NCBI RefSeq assembly: GCF_000142905.1
Contig: NW_013657618.1
Coordinates: forward strand, 149,086-213,085
Length of the DNA stretch: 64,000 bases
Source of the DNA: Thecamonas trahens ATCC 50062
Lineage: Eukaryota > Protista > Apusomonadida
Direction: 5' to 3'
Shown one piece after another: positions 21,854 through 32,339 of the stretch. Position 1 is the stretch's first letter, and every line of letters starts with the position of its first letter. Position numbers and translations under genes: made by a program. The notes under the pieces were generated by a model, which worked only from the letters and a program-made list of their open reading frames with translations, made no database searches and was not told the DNA's origin.

Positions 21854-24800
21854 TCACCAGTACTTGGAGAGCGAGTGGCCGAGAACAGCCTCGATCATCT
21901 TGACCAGCTCTGCAGTCTTGCGTTCGACATCGGAATCGTCGTCCTCGGTAAGTTCGGCGAGGAAGGGGACGGTTTCCGGGAGGAGGATGAGGTAGTCGGA
22001 CTCGAGGAGGGCGTAGAGGCGGATGAGGACCTCGACGACGACGAGGCGGATGGCTGGGTTGGGCGAGCGGGTCTGCATGAGCAGCTCAAAGTTGAACGGC
22101 TTCCACCAGGCGTCGTTGGAGACGCAAACCATGAGCTCGCCGACGGCGTCGACAAAGAGGCGGTGAACGTCGCCGCGCTCGGACGCGACGCGCGGGACGA
22201 GGGCGACGAGCAGCGGGTAGAGCTCGTTGTACCGCTCGCGGTTCATCATGCCATCAGCGTCGTAGCGGAAGACCCGCTTGAGGAGGCGGAGGGCGAGCTC
22301 GAGCTCGCGGGCCGACGACGTGTCACCGCTACTGTGGACGACGGCCTTGGCCTTGGCTGCCGTCTTGCGGCGCTTTTTGCCGCGACTCGCCTCGTCGGCG
22401 TCGGCGTCGGCGTCGTTGCCGCGCTTGAGCACCTCGACGACGACAGCCATGAACGACGGGACGTAGGGGACAAAGATCGACTTGAGCGCACCGGCGAGGG
22501 CGGCGAGGAACGAGAGGAAGGTCTCGGTCCGGGCGCCGCGCTCGGCCCAAGTGCAGAGCTTGACAAAGAGCGGCTTGAAGGTCTTCTCGTTGAGGCGGAG
22601 GACGAGCCGAACGAGCGTGGCGAGGAGGCCTTCCCGGGTGTCGTCGGCGAGCGCGGGCGCGTCCGAGGCGTCGAGGACAAAGTCAAAGACGTCGGGAGCA
22701 ACCTCGAAGACCCGCTTCTTGGGCATGTGCTCGAGGGCAACGCCGAGGACCTCGAGGATGGCGACGGCGGCGGCCGGCGAGTCGGCGCGGGCAAAGGCGG
22801 CAAAGAGGGCTGGAATGAGCTGGCGCGGTGGGACCTGCTTGCCAAACACCCGCAGGACGCGGACGCCCTTGGAGCTGCCAAGATGGTAGTCCGAGGTGAG
22901 CGCGGTGAGCAGCGGGATGAGGTACGGGTTGAGGAAGGCATGCAGCTGGGCCACAACCATCTCCACGGCGGTGAGGAGCGCCTCCTGGAAGTGCTTGGCC
23001 ATGGCCGGCTCGGCGACGGCGTCCGGGCCAGCCTGCAGAGCGGCGACGAGCCACGGGAGGAGAACCGGGACCTGGGCGAGGACCTTGACGCCGAGGGTGG
23101 CGGTGAGCGAGGCGACGCAGAGGAGGGCCGACATGTGAACTCCGCCCGAGCTGCCGGCCTCGCCGGTCAGCTGGCCGACCACCAGCGGGAGGACCTCGCC
23201 AAAGGCCTCGCGCGAGACGTGGCCAAAGGCGCGAGTGACGATCGAGAGCGAGAAGAGCGCGTTCTGGACCGCCGACTCGGACGTCGACTGCGAGATTAGC
23301 TCGCCGAGCTGTGGGACGGTGGCCACAAAGCTCGCCTGCTCGTCCGAGGTAAACTCGCCCTTCTCGCGCTCGATCTTGGCGTTGAAGAGCTCGAGTGCAG
23401 ACTGCTGGATGAGCACGTCGTCCGAGGCAAAGAGCGCCGAGGTGACCTCAAGGAACTGCTCGACCGAGAGCAGCGAGTTGAGCTGGTCGAGCACGTTGAC
23501 TGCCCGGCCGTAGAGCTCGCTCCAGGTGACAGCGAGCGCCTTGTCGCCGGCCTTGGTCCCGCTCCGGGCCTGGTGAACAAGCTCGAGACCACGGCCAAAG
23601 AGCGAGCGATAGAGCGCCTGCAGTGCAGCCTCGAGCTCGTCGCGCGAGAGATCGCGGGCCTCGGCCGAGTCGACGACGTCGACCAGGGCCTCGAGGAACT
23701 CGTCGAGCGCCACAAACTCGCCCACAAACCGGGTCATGCCGAGCTTGAGCGCCAGGCCATCGTCAAAGCTGTGCTTGGTGTAGTCGAATGCGGCCGAGCC
23801 GCCACCGACCATAGCAACCTCGCCACGGTGGAGAGCGGCAGCGTCGTCGTCGGCCTCGGCCTCGGCCGCCATCCGGGCCGAGTTGTACTCGGCCTTGGTG
23901 GAGGGAAGCGCGTGGACAACGTCGAGAACTTGTGCGAGCGAGTTGAGAGCAGTGAGCGGGTGGAACTCGAGGAGCAGCGCCGATGTCATGTCCCAAAACG
24001 CGCCGGCCTCGTCGCCCGAGCCCGACGTGGCTTTGAGCACAAAGTAGAGGGCGAGGAAGGTGAGCGCCGAGCCGCCGATGGTCTCGACGAGGACGCGGTA
24101 GAGGAACCGCTGGCGGTGCTGCGGAATGTAGCCAAAAGCATCGCCAAAGATGACTAGGATACCCGAGGCGTCCAGGCCGACTTCGAGGAGCGGCGGGAGC
24201 ACCTGGCGGAGCGTGGCCTCGATGACCGAGTAGGTGTACGCGTCGTCGCGCTTGACCGCTGACGAGCCCATAAAGGCAAATACCGGCATGATGGTGTGGA
24301 GGACCCGCTCCGGCACAATGCGGGCGAGCTTGGCCAGGAGCTGCAGCGCATGAGTGTGAGTCGCTGGCGACGAGCTCTGCGATCGGAGGACGGCAACAAC
24401 GATCTGGATGTCAAAGTATTGTGCGAGCGCCGACAGAGCCGCCTCGTCGCCGACCACCTCATCCTGCTCCAGCGAGAGCCGGAGCGCGCGGAGGAGGAGC
24501 TGCTTGGTGTACTCGCCGTCGAACGAGGCACCCGAGCTCGCGCTGCTCGCTGAGCTGGACGAGAGTAGCGACGAGAGGTGGTGGAAGAGGACCGGAACAA
24601 GGTGCGAGAAGCCGCTCACACCGCGGATTTCAAAGATCCACTCGAGGACCTTGGCGAGGGTGACAACCCGCCACGAGCCGGCCGGCTGACTCAGCTGGGC
24701 CTCGGCGTGACCAGGCTCGGCGTCAGCGGAGCGGCGCGAGCGCTTGCGCGCCGAGCTCTCGGCGGCGTCATCATCGCCGTCGAGAGTGTCGAGAGCGGTC

Positions 24801-27800
24801 GAAGCGTCAGCAGCCGAGCGCTCGGCGGCCCGCATGAGCGCCTCGAGGAGCGGCGCGGAGAGGACGAGCGAGTGGAGGAGGGCGAGGATGGCGCGCGGGA
24901 CGACAATGTGCGCGTCGGCTGCGTCGAGTTGGCCGGCCTTGGCGCGCGAGTTGGCGATGATGAGGGCGTGAACAACGGCGACGCGCTGAGAGTCAGAGGG
25001 CAGCTCGTCAAGGACCTGCTGTGAGAGTACGTTGACGGCAGCGGCGACAACAGCGGCCGACGACGCGGCCGAGAAGAGAGTGACAAACGGCTCCGGGTCC
25101 GAGCCGAGAAGCTGTGGGACGCCGGGCGCGCCGAGCATGTCAAGCGACTCGACGAGGAGGAGCTCCGACGACGCGTCCCACTCGGTGTTCTGCGAGGCCT
25201 TGCCCGCAAGCTGGCCGAGGAGCTTGGAGCCACCCGAGGCATAGACGAGCGACGAGCGCGAGGCGATCATGATCCGGACCAGAACAGCCTGCGCGACAGG
25301 GTGGGCGACAGCCGGCTGAGAGCCGAGCATGGCCGAGAAGAGAGTGGTGATCCAAGCCTTGAGGCGAGCCTCGGCGGTCTTGCGGCCCTTCTTGCCGGCC
25401 GACTTGGCGACGGTGTTGGCGGCGGCGTCGGCAAAGATTCGCCCGAGGACGCCGCCGTCGGCGGCAATCTCGCCGGAGCGGGCAATGACCGCGTCGGCGA
25501 GGGCGGCGATGGGGGCAAGCGCCTTGGCTTGCTTGGCGGTGACTGCGGCACCCGCCGGCGGCTTTGCAATGGCAGCGGCGACTGCGGCAAAGGCCGAGAC
25601 AGCGAGGCTGCGGACCGGGGCAAAAGCTGAGGCGGCGGCAATGAGGAGATGCGCGACAAGGCCAGAGAGGAGCGACGGCGACTTGGGCGAGAACTTGGCC
25701 GAGACCAGACCAGCCGCGGCGGCCGGTGCCTGGAGAAGGGCGAGGACGTGGTTGACAGCGCGGATGTGGACGAGCTGGAGTGACGAGCGCGAGGCACGCG
25801 GGTCGATGCCGACAAGACTTGGTAGCTGAAGCGGCGCGTGGAGGAACGGAAGCGCATCAGCGAGAGCGCCGGAGGGCGCGGCGCGAGTGAGGAGGACGGC
25901 GACAAGAACGAGGTGGAGACGCGGAGGGAGGGTGGCGCAGACCACGACAAAGATTGGCGCGAGCGACGGGCCGTCGGCCACTTCGGCGACAGCGCGGAGG
26001 ACCGAGGCGGCGAGAAGAGCGCGGGCCTTGCGCCAGCCGGAGCGGTGGGAGGCAAGAGCAGTACGGACGAGGGCACCGAGGCGGCCAGTGGCCGAGCCGC
26101 GGGGCAGATCGTCTTCGGTCAGAGCATCAAGCGAGGCAAGCGCGAGGTTCGGGGTGACGGTCTCGCGGACGAGCGCGAGGACCTGCGGGAGGAGGGTGGT
26201 GGCAAGATGCGGGCGCGGGAGCGCTGCAGCCTCGGCGGGCGAGTCGGCGCTGAGGAGGGCGAGGCGGGTCCGCTCGAGGGTGACAATCGAGGCGGCAAGG
26301 AGAAGCGGGAGGGCCGACCAGGCTAGCGGCGAGGCAACGCCCGATGCCGCAGACGAGAGAGTAGCCGCGAGGCGCGGCGAGTCGGCGAGGCCGGACGCGA
26401 GACCAGCGAGGAGCACAGCGTAGACATCGTCGAGAGCGGCCGAGTCCGCCACCTTGGGCGGGGACTTGGCAGCCTTGCGGAGCGAGGCATGCGTGGTGAG
26501 GCCGGCAAACTCGGGGAGAGCGCCAGCATCGGCGAGAGCCATGGCGGCGGCAAGAGCAGCAGAAAACGAGGCCGGCGACTTGGTGGTGGCGGCGAGATGG
26601 GCGGCGACGAGCTGGAAAGCAACAAGCAGCGTGCCCTGCGACTCGTCCTCGGACTCGAGCTCAACAAGGGCATCGGGCGCGAGGCGCGAGGCCGAGTCGG
26701 CGAGGGCGGCAAGGGCGGCAACAACGACAGACCGGGTGTCGGCCGACGACCAGGCCGATGGCGGCGAGGCCAGAAGGGCGGCGATGGTTGCGACGAGCTC
26801 GGTGATGGGGACGAGGGCGGTGATCGGGGCGGCGGCGAGGGCGGCTGCGACGATGGACGGCTCCGGATCGGCGAGCGCGGAGCGGAGGGTGTCCTGCACA
26901 AAGGCGCGCTCCTTGGCGTCGGGTGAGTCGTCATCGGCGGCAAGGAGGTCGGCGAGGCGGTCGTCGGTGGTGAGGAGGTCAGCGAGCTGGACAAGGGCGT
27001 CGACGCGGAGCGAAGTCGAGCCGGAGTTGAGCGCGTAGTACAACGAGCCGGAGCCAACCTGGGAGACGCGGAGCGAGGACGGCATGGCAAGGTCGAGCCA
27101 GGCGGAGAGCGTCTGCGGAGCGGCGGCATCCGAGGAGCGGGCGCGGGCCATGGCGGCGTCGAGGGCAAGCTCAAAGGCGGAGCCGAAGCGGAGTGAGAAG
27201 AGCGAGATGACGGCGGTGAGGTCGGTGGCAAGCTTTGGCGCGACGGCTGACGGCGGCGCGGCGGCGAGGGCGTCAAAGAGCGGGTCGAGAAGCGAGGTGG
27301 TGGCCGCCGACGAGAGGGCCGGAAAGAGCGATGCGACGTCGGAGAGGAGCGGGGTGATTTGCGAGGCCAAGTCGGCGGCGTCGGGCATGGCGTTGGTGAG
27401 GGCGGCGGCGTAGACGTCGACGCACGAGGCGAGGAGCGGGAAGGCGAGGGCTGTGGCCAGCTCAAGCGAGCCGCCCGACGCCGAGGCGATGGCCACGAGG
27501 TGGGTGGCGACAGAGCCTGCGCCGATGGCGCGGTCGGCGTGGAGGAGGGCGCGGGTAGCGTCGAGAGGAAGGCGGCGGACGCCCTGAGTCCCACACACCA
27601 CAGCCAGGGTGTGCATGGCGTAGCGGGCGTGGGCCGAGGGCACCGCGGCAGCGAGGAGGGTGAGGAACGGCTCGAGGACGGTGAGAGCCAGCGTGGTTCG
27701 GGCCGAGATCTGGGCGAGGAGCATAAAGGCCGCGAGCTGCAGGTCCGGGACGGCCGAGGTGGCGGCGGTGACGACCGAGGGGAGGAGGACGCCGAGCTTG

Positions 27801-28555
27801 CGCTCCGAGAGGCGCTGCGACGAACCCGCAATGCCGGAGAGGAGCGAGAGGAAGAATGAGGCACCGATGGACCAATCGGGAACGAAAGAGAGGACGTGGG
27901 TGACGGCCGAGGCAATCCAGTTGAGGGTGGCGAGGTCCTTGACCAGCCACTTGAGCAGGTTAGCGCGCTGCAGCGGGACGCCGCTCCGCTTGACGCCAAC
28001 AAGCCAGGCAAAGTCGAGCGAGGCGTGATGAAGACGCAGCGGCGAGGCGGCCGAGGTCAGGTTGCCGGCCGAGCCCGATGAGCCACCCAGATTGAGGACC
28101 ATGACGAGGCGGGCAAAGAGCGGAGTGGCGTGATAGGGGAGATAGGCACCGACGAGGGCGGCGACGTTGTGGGTATGGATAGAGTAGCGACGGATGAGGA
28201 ACTCGAGGACTTTTCCGGTTGATTTGAGGAGAAAGTACGGCGCGGTGAGAGCGATAAACTCCTCGAGATGACCATCGAGTTCATCGGCTTGTTCCTGCGT
28301 CAGCAGCGAGCGACGAAGCGGGGTCAGCTCTCGGGGAAAGAGCACGGCTTCAAACTTTGCCAGACGAGGTTCAATGCGAACAAGTGCCGCGAGACCATTG
28401 GTGGCCAGAAAATGAAGCGAGGCGAGGTCCACATCAGCCGCCTGCCGCATGGTGAAGAGGAACGAGGTGTACACCGGCACGCCCGACTTGCCCTCCCGCG
28501 AGTGGAGGTCACGCGGCCGGAGCGCCTTGAGCTGCTTGGCGAGATTGGACGACAT
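21854..28555 (-). CDS. UTP10: U3 snoRNA-associated protein 10 / HEATR1 (single exon)
   Basis: MSSNLAKQL; SFLF..QAADVD; PYFLLK...KVLEFLIRRY.IH..N; LPYH.T..FAR; IMPVFAFMG; LRLNEKTFKPLF; LLPETVPFLAELTED. Confidence 0.97.
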   Translation of the reverse strand: MSSNLAKQLKALRPRDLHSREGKSGVPVYTSFLFTMRQAADVDLASLHFLATNGLAALVRIEPRLAKFEAVLFPRELTPLRRSLLTQEQADELDGHLEEFIALTAPYFLLKSTGKVLEFLIRRYSIHTHNVAALVGAYLPYHATPLFARLVMVLNLGGSSGSAGNLTSAASPLRLHHASLDFAWLVGVKRSGVPLQRANLLKWLVKDLATLNWIASAVTHVLSFVPDWSIGASFFLSLLSGIAGSSQRLSERKLGVLLPSVVTAATSAVPDLQLAAFMLLAQISARTTLALTVLEPFLTLLAAAVPSAHARYAMHTLAVVCGTQGVRRLPLDATRALLHADRAIGAGSVATHLVAIASASGGSLELATALAFPLLASCVDVYAAALTNAMPDAADLASQITPLLSDVASLFPALSSAATTSLLDPLFDALAAAPPSAVAPKLATDLTAVISLFSLRFGSAFELALDAAMARARSSDAAAPQTLSAWLDLAMPSSLRVSQVGSGSLYYALNSGSTSLRVDALVQLADLLTTDDRLADLLAADDDSPDAKERAFVQDTLRSALADPEPSIVAAALAAAPITALVPITELVATIAALLASPPSAWSSADTRSVVVAALAALADSASRLAPDALVELESEDESQGTLLVAFQLVAAHLAATTKSPASFSAALAAAMALADAGALPEFAGLTTHASLRKAAKSPPKVADSAALDDVYAVLLAGLASGLADSPRLAATLSSAASGVASPLAWSALPLLLAASIVTLERTRLALLSADSPAEAAALPRPHLATTLLPQVLALVRETVTPNLALASLDALTEDDLPRGSATGRLGALVRTALASHRSGWRKARALLAASVLRAVAEVADGPSLAPIFVVVCATLPPRLHLVLVAVLLTRAAPSGALADALPFLHAPLQLPSLVGIDPRASRSSLQLVHIRAVNHVLALLQAPAAAAGLVSAKFSPKSPSLLSGLVAHLLIAAASAFAPVRSLAVSAFAAVAAAIAKPPAGAAVTAKQAKALAPIAALADAVIARSGEIAADGGVLGRIFADAAANTVAKSAGKKGRKTAEARLKAWITTLFSAMLGSQPAVAHPVAQAVLVRIMIASRSSLVYASGGSKLLGQLAGKASQNTEWDASSELLLVESLDMLGAPGVPQLLGSDPEPFVTLFSAASSAAVVAAAVNVLSQQVLDELPSDSQRVAVVHALIIANSRAKAGQLDAADAHIVVPRAILALLHSLVLSAPLLEALMRAAERSAADASTALDTLDGDDDAAESSARKRSRRSADAEPGHAEAQLSQPAGSWRVVTLAKVLEWIFEIRGVSGFSHLVPVLFHHLSSLLSSSSASSASSGASFDGEYTKQLLLRALRLSLEQDEVVGDEAALSALAQYFDIQIVVAVLRSQSSSPATHTHALQLLAKLARIVPERVLHTIMPVFAFMGSSAVKRDDAYTYSVIEATLRQVLPPLLEVGLDASGILVIFGDAFGYIPQHRQRFLYRVLVETIGGSALTFLALYFVLKATSGSGDEAGAFWDMTSALLLEFHPLTALNSLAQVLDVVHALPSTKAEYNSARMAAEAEADDDAAALHRGEVAMVGGGSAAFDYTKHSFDDGLALKLGMTRFVGEFVALDEFLEALVDVVDSAEARDLSRDELEAALQALYRSLFGRGLELVHQARSGTKAGDKALAVTWSELYGRAVNVLDQLNSLLSVEQFLEVTSALFASDDVLIQQSALELFNAKIEREKGEFTSDEQASFVATVPQLGELISQSTSESAVQNALFSLSIVTRAFGHVSREAFGEVLPLVVGQLTGEAGSSGGVHMSALLCVASLTATLGVKVLAQVPVLLPWLVAALQAGPDAVAEPAMAKHFQEALLTAVEMVVAQLHAFLNPYLIPLLTALTSDYHLGSSKGVRVLRVFGKQVPPRQLIPALFAAFARADSPAAAVAILEVLGVALEHMPKKRVFEVAPDVFDFVLDASDAPALADDTREGLLATLVRLVLRLNEKTFKPLFVKLCTWAERGARTETFLSFLAALAGALKSIFVPYVPSFMAVVVEVLKRGNDADADADEASRGKKRRKTAAKAKAVVHSSGDTSSARELELALRLLKRVFRYDADGMMNRERYNELYPLLVALVPRVASERGDVHRLFVDAVGELMVCVSNDAWWKPFNFELLMQTRSPNPAIRLVVVEVLIRLYALLESDYLILLPETVPFLAELTEDDDSDVERKTAELVKMIEAVLGHSLSKYW

Positions 28556-28930
28556 GATGTTGGGTGGAGAGGTTCCCGGTGGTGGTGGGGTGGTTGGGCG
28601 GTGGTGGTGGTAGGAGGTGGAGGAGGGAGAGTGAGGTAGTGGTGGGGGAGGGTGTGGGTGGTGCGTTGATGGCGGATGCGGTGATGGATGGAGAGAAAGG
28701 GGTCGGTGTGGGGGGTGGGGGTGAAGGTGTAAAATTTGTAGATGGTGGTGGTAGCCAGACGGTGCAGAACATGGTAGCAGACTCAATGCTTCCGCTGGAT
28801 GTGGTGGGCGGAGGTCGGCACGGTGTGACGGTGGTATCAGACGGGGCGATGTAGTTGATCTCGGTGGCGGTGGGGACGTGAGCTACGGGACCGGCTTCTC
28901 GTTTACCGACGCAGCCGGAGACCGGCCAGC

Positions 28931-31051
28931 TCACATGGCGTTGCCGGCGCCGTCGCGGCCGGCCTTGGAGGTTACCATGACGCGGATGGCGCCTTCTGCG
29001 ACGAGGGCGATGGCAGCCGAGTTGTGGCCACCGGCGTAGTGGGAAGAGGAGAAGATGGTGATGACCTGGGCAGACTTGGCGTAGGAGACGCCAAGGCTCG
29101 GGGCTTGGTGGGCGCGGATGATGTGCGAGCAGCCCGAGGTGGCGAGGAAGGCGGCGACGGCGTCGTGACCAAAGACGGCGGTGCCGCCACCGCGATCGCT
29201 GGGCGCAAAGCCGTGCGGAAAGCCCGGGGCGGGCGCAGCGGCGAGCTCGGTCTCATCTTCGGCCGGGTCGGACCAGAGGAGGTCCATTGCGGCAACAAGG
29301 CCCGCAGCGGGCGCGTCGGCCGGAGAGTCGGCTGTCAGTTCGGCGGCGACGGTGTCGTCCATGATGGAGGCGATGGCATCGGCGGAGAGCGGGCGCGGGA
29401 GGGCGGCGATGGCAGCGAGCGGGTCGTCACCGCAGGTCCGCGGAATGCCGCCGTGGACAGCAAAGATGCGCGAGTTGATGACAGCGGCGAGCGGCATGGT
29501 CTCGCATACCGAGTTGAGCTCGGTCCAGAGAGCCTCGCCGCGCGACTCGGAGCCGAGAAGCTCGTGGCACTGGGCACGGAACGATCCGTCTTCGTAGACT
29601 TCGATGTCACCGTTGATGTCAGCGAGCTCGTGGTTGCCACGGAGGGCCACCACGTGCTGCGGATACGCGGTGGCGAGGGCGAGGACAAAGGCAAGGGTCT
29701 CGACCGAGTGCGGGCCGCGGTCAACGTAGTCGCCGAGAAACAGGATCTTGGCCGGGCACATGGGGACGCCGGCGCCCCAAAAGGTTCGTGCGAAAAAGGC
29801 AAGGTCCGAGTAGTTGCCGTGCAAGTCGCCGAGGACGTAGACCGGGTCCGGGAGCGAGACGAGCGACGGATGGGTGAGCATGGTGGCGCGCGCGCCGGGG
29901 ACGAGACGGCGGAGCATGAGGATAAAGGCCTCGCGTTCGCCGTCGGAGCGCCAGCCGTGCGACGGCTCGTCCCAGGCACCGCCGGTGCCACCGCCGTCGG
30001 CAAGCGGGAGAAAGGCGTCACCGAGGAGCGAGAGCACAGCCTCAGCCACCTCCTTGGCTGCGCTCAGCGCGTCGGGCTGGGCGCCGAGCGCCGATGAGGC
30101 AAACACTTCTTGTGTTGAGTGGGTAAAGTTGCGCGTGGGGAGGGTCCGGCGCTCACGGACCATGCCCGATGCCTCGAGCACATGGTAAGTTGGCGAGACC
30201 GAGTACTCGGCGGACGGGGCCGGGGCCGACTCAGCAGGCTCAGCAGGCTCGGACGCGGGCGGTGCAGGCTGCAGCGCCGGCAACGGCGACGACGCCATGA
30301 GCGCGTAGATGGCAAGCGTGTAGACGGTGAGGCCGGCGGTAGCGCCAAGCGCCATGGTGGGAGGATCAAGAGCATCGGTGACGTGACAGATGGCCAGCCA
30401 GGCGCCGAGCGCGCCGGCCACCGTCAGTGAGACCGTCAGCGGCAGCAAGGCTTTGACTGGTCGCACCGATGAAGCTAGCCGGTCCGGACCCAGGTGATGT
30501 TGACCTGCCTCTCCCGTCACCGCCGCATCGGACTTGCTCTGCTGCATCCGAACCGGCGAGTCGGCGATGGAGAGCTCGGACATGCGCATGGCCTCGAACG
30601 AGTGGCCCTCAAACGAGACCGATGCCTCTCGCAGGACGCTGTCATTGGGTGAGAGCGAGGTGGTGGTGTCGGTGGGGAGTGGCAGAGGTGGAGGCGATGA
30701 GGGAGATGATGACAGAGAAGAGCTCTCGGTAGAGCATGAGCTCTCGATCGACTCGTCGAGTGATGACAAGATTGGTTTGGTGGTTGTGGTTGTGGTTGTG
30801 GCGGCGGCTTCAGCTTCAGCTTCAGTGACTGCGTCATGGACAATGTCGATGAGGGTGGCCTTGCGGGCTTTGGAGGGGAAGGTGATCTGGGTGCGGGAGG
30901 AAGGAGGGGCGGTGAGCGGGGTTGAGCGGGGGGGGGGGGGGGGGGGGAGGGGGGAATGGGAGAGGGTGCGTACATGGTGCTTCTTCAACCATGTCTTCAG
31001 CTGCTTCACTGTGTGCTGCTCTGGTGCTCGTGCCACAGCTGTCTGCTCCAT
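28931..31051 (-). CDS. PPP-family Ser/Thr phosphatase with an N-terminal HeH/LEM-like domain and two transmembrane helices; 87-nt intron 30973-30887
   Basis: GDLHG, GDYVDRG, GNHE, HGG, DLLWSDP, IRAHQ motifs. Spliced N-terminus TVKQLKTWLKKHHITFPSKARKATLIDIV. Two hydrophobic stretches at about 30450-30300. Confidence 0.9.
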   Translation of the reverse strand: MEQTAVARAPEQHTVKQLKTWLKKHHVRTLSHSPLPPPPPPRSTPLTAPPSSRTQITFPSKARKATLIDIVHDAVTEAEAEAAATTTTTTTKPILSSLDESIESSCSTESSSLSSSPSSPPPLPLPTDTTTSLSPNDSVLREASVSFEGHSFEAMRMSELSIADSPVRMQQSKSDAAVTGEAGQHHLGPDRLASSVRPVKALLPLTVSLTVAGALGAWLAICHVTDALDPPTMALGATAGLTVYTLAIYALMASSPLPALQPAPPASEPAEPAESAPAPSAEYSVSPTYHVLEASGMVRERRTLPTRNFTHSTQEVFASSALGAQPDALSAAKEVAEAVLSLLGDAFLPLADGGGTGGAWDEPSHGWRSDGEREAFILMLRRLVPGARATMLTHPSLVSLPDPVYVLGDLHGNYSDLAFFARTFWGAGVPMCPAKILFLGDYVDRGPHSVETLAFVLALATAYPQHVVALRGNHELADINGDIEVYEDGSFRAQCHELLGSESRGEALWTELNSVCETMPLAAVINSRIFAVHGGIPRTCGDDPLAAIAALPRPLSADAIASIMDDTVAAELTADSPADAPAAGLVAAMDLLWSDPAEDETELAAAPAPGFPHGFAPSDRGGGTAVFGHDAVAAFLATSGCSHIIRAHQAPSLGVSYAKSAQVITIFSSSHYAGGHNSAAIALVAEGAIRVMVTSKAGRDGAGNAM

Positions 31052-31066
31052 GCCGGTGGCCAGTGG

Positions 31067-31082
31067 CTTTTGGCGCCAAAAG
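31067..31082. promoter_or_regulatory. Perfect 16-bp palindrome CTTTTGGCGCCAAAAG (double E2F-like site)
   Basis: Matches TTTSSCGC on both strands, 15 nt upstream of the phosphatase ATG; function is inferred. Confidence 0.4.
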
Positions 31083-31448
31083 TTCGCGCGACGAGTGTCT
31101 GTCCGGAATGGTGATTCGGACAATGGCGTGACCTGGGACAGCTCATGCCCGACTCGGCAACCGGTGGGCAGGCTTGGTTGGGTGTGGTCATGACGGCTGA
31201 TGTGCCTGGATCTGCGCGGTGGCGTGCAGGTGATCGTCGACATGATGCCGGGGATGTTCGGGCTCATAGTGTACAGCTCGGCCCAGAAAGGGACCGGACT
31301 CGGATCGGCCTGCGCATGACCCGCGCCTCGTCTGCGCCTCGTCTGGACATGTACAGAAGTGGCCTGACAGGGGGAGGACGGTGGGTGGGCGGCGGTGGTG
31401 GCGGTGGCGGCGGGCGGGCGGCAGGCGGGCGGCAGGCGGCGGGCGCTA

Positions 31449-32324
31449 CTATTTCTGCGACTGGTTGTAGACAACGAGGAGCATGACGAGGAAGACCATG
31501 AGGAGAATAAGATACATGCACATCTTGTCCTTGCCGACCTTCTTGAGGATCTTGGACAGGCGCTTGTTCGAGTTGCGGATGTGCTCTGTGACCTCGGCAG
31601 CACGACGGTTTGTCTCGTCGAGCATGATGTTCTGGCGGTCCAGCTCGCCACCCATCTCAACGGCAATGTCGCGGAGGGTGGCAACGCCGTCGGCAATGGC
31701 GTCGAGCTCCTGGTCGATGTCCTCGTTGCGGGCCTCAATCCGCATCAACGCCGCCTCGACTTCTTCATCATCGATGGGCGCCAGCTGCGACATGGTCGGG
31801 TCGTCCGGAAGCTCTGCCGCGCCGTTGCGGCCCGAGCGCGAGCCTGCAACGCCGACACCCGCGGCAGCAGCCCCCGCCATCAGGCGGGACCTGTTGTCGC
31901 GGTCGACCTTTGAGGTATACCTCCGCTTCTCTAGCCGCTTGCACTCGCGCAGGTGCTCCTTGACCACCTTGAGCTGATCGCCACGAAGGGCCAGCTCTTC
32001 GCGCTTGTCTTCGCTGGGAGACTTGCCAGCCTTCTTCTTCTCGGCCTTGAACAGCTCCTCTAGCTCATTGACCTCAGCCTCGACCTTGACCAGATCCCTT
32101 CGAATACGAGAACCAAGCTCAATGGTGCTCGGGGCAGCAGCAACGGCAGAGCCCAGCAGCTGGTCCCGCTCTTTGAGCGACTCGCGAATGGCTCTCAGCT
32201 CGTTGGCAATGGTCTTCTTCTTGCTCCGGAACGGGGTCGCCTGCGCCCGCTTGGCCTGCTTTCGTCGCAACTCTACAGAGCATTCCTCCTCTATGTACCG
32301 CAGCTTGCCAAGGAGGACGTTCAT
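31449..32324 (-). CDS. Qc-SNARE, SYP7 (syntaxin-of-plants 71)-like
   Basis: SNARE motif DQELDAIADGVATLRDIAVEMGGELDRQNIMLDE plus C-terminal TM; Habc region with EELALRGD. Confidence 0.85.
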   Translation of the reverse strand: MNVLLGKLRYIEEECSVELRRKQAKRAQATPFRSKKKTIANELRAIRESLKERDQLLGSAVAAAPSTIELGSRIRRDLVKVEAEVNELEELFKAEKKKAGKSPSEDKREELALRGDQLKVVKEHLRECKRLEKRRYTSKVDRDNRSRLMAGAAAAGVGVAGSRSGRNGAAELPDDPTMSQLAPIDDEEVEAALMRIEARNEDIDQELDAIADGVATLRDIAVEMGGELDRQNIMLDETNRRAAEVTEHIRNSNKRLSKILKKVGKDKMCMYLILLMVFLVMLLVVYNQSQK

Positions 32325-32339
32325 GGTGGAGGTGGAGGT

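Noticed and set aside
31052-31738. N-terminal extension of the 935-aa phosphatase ORF
   Set aside because: Overlaps the SNARE CDS in another frame and intergenic sequence; no protein-like features
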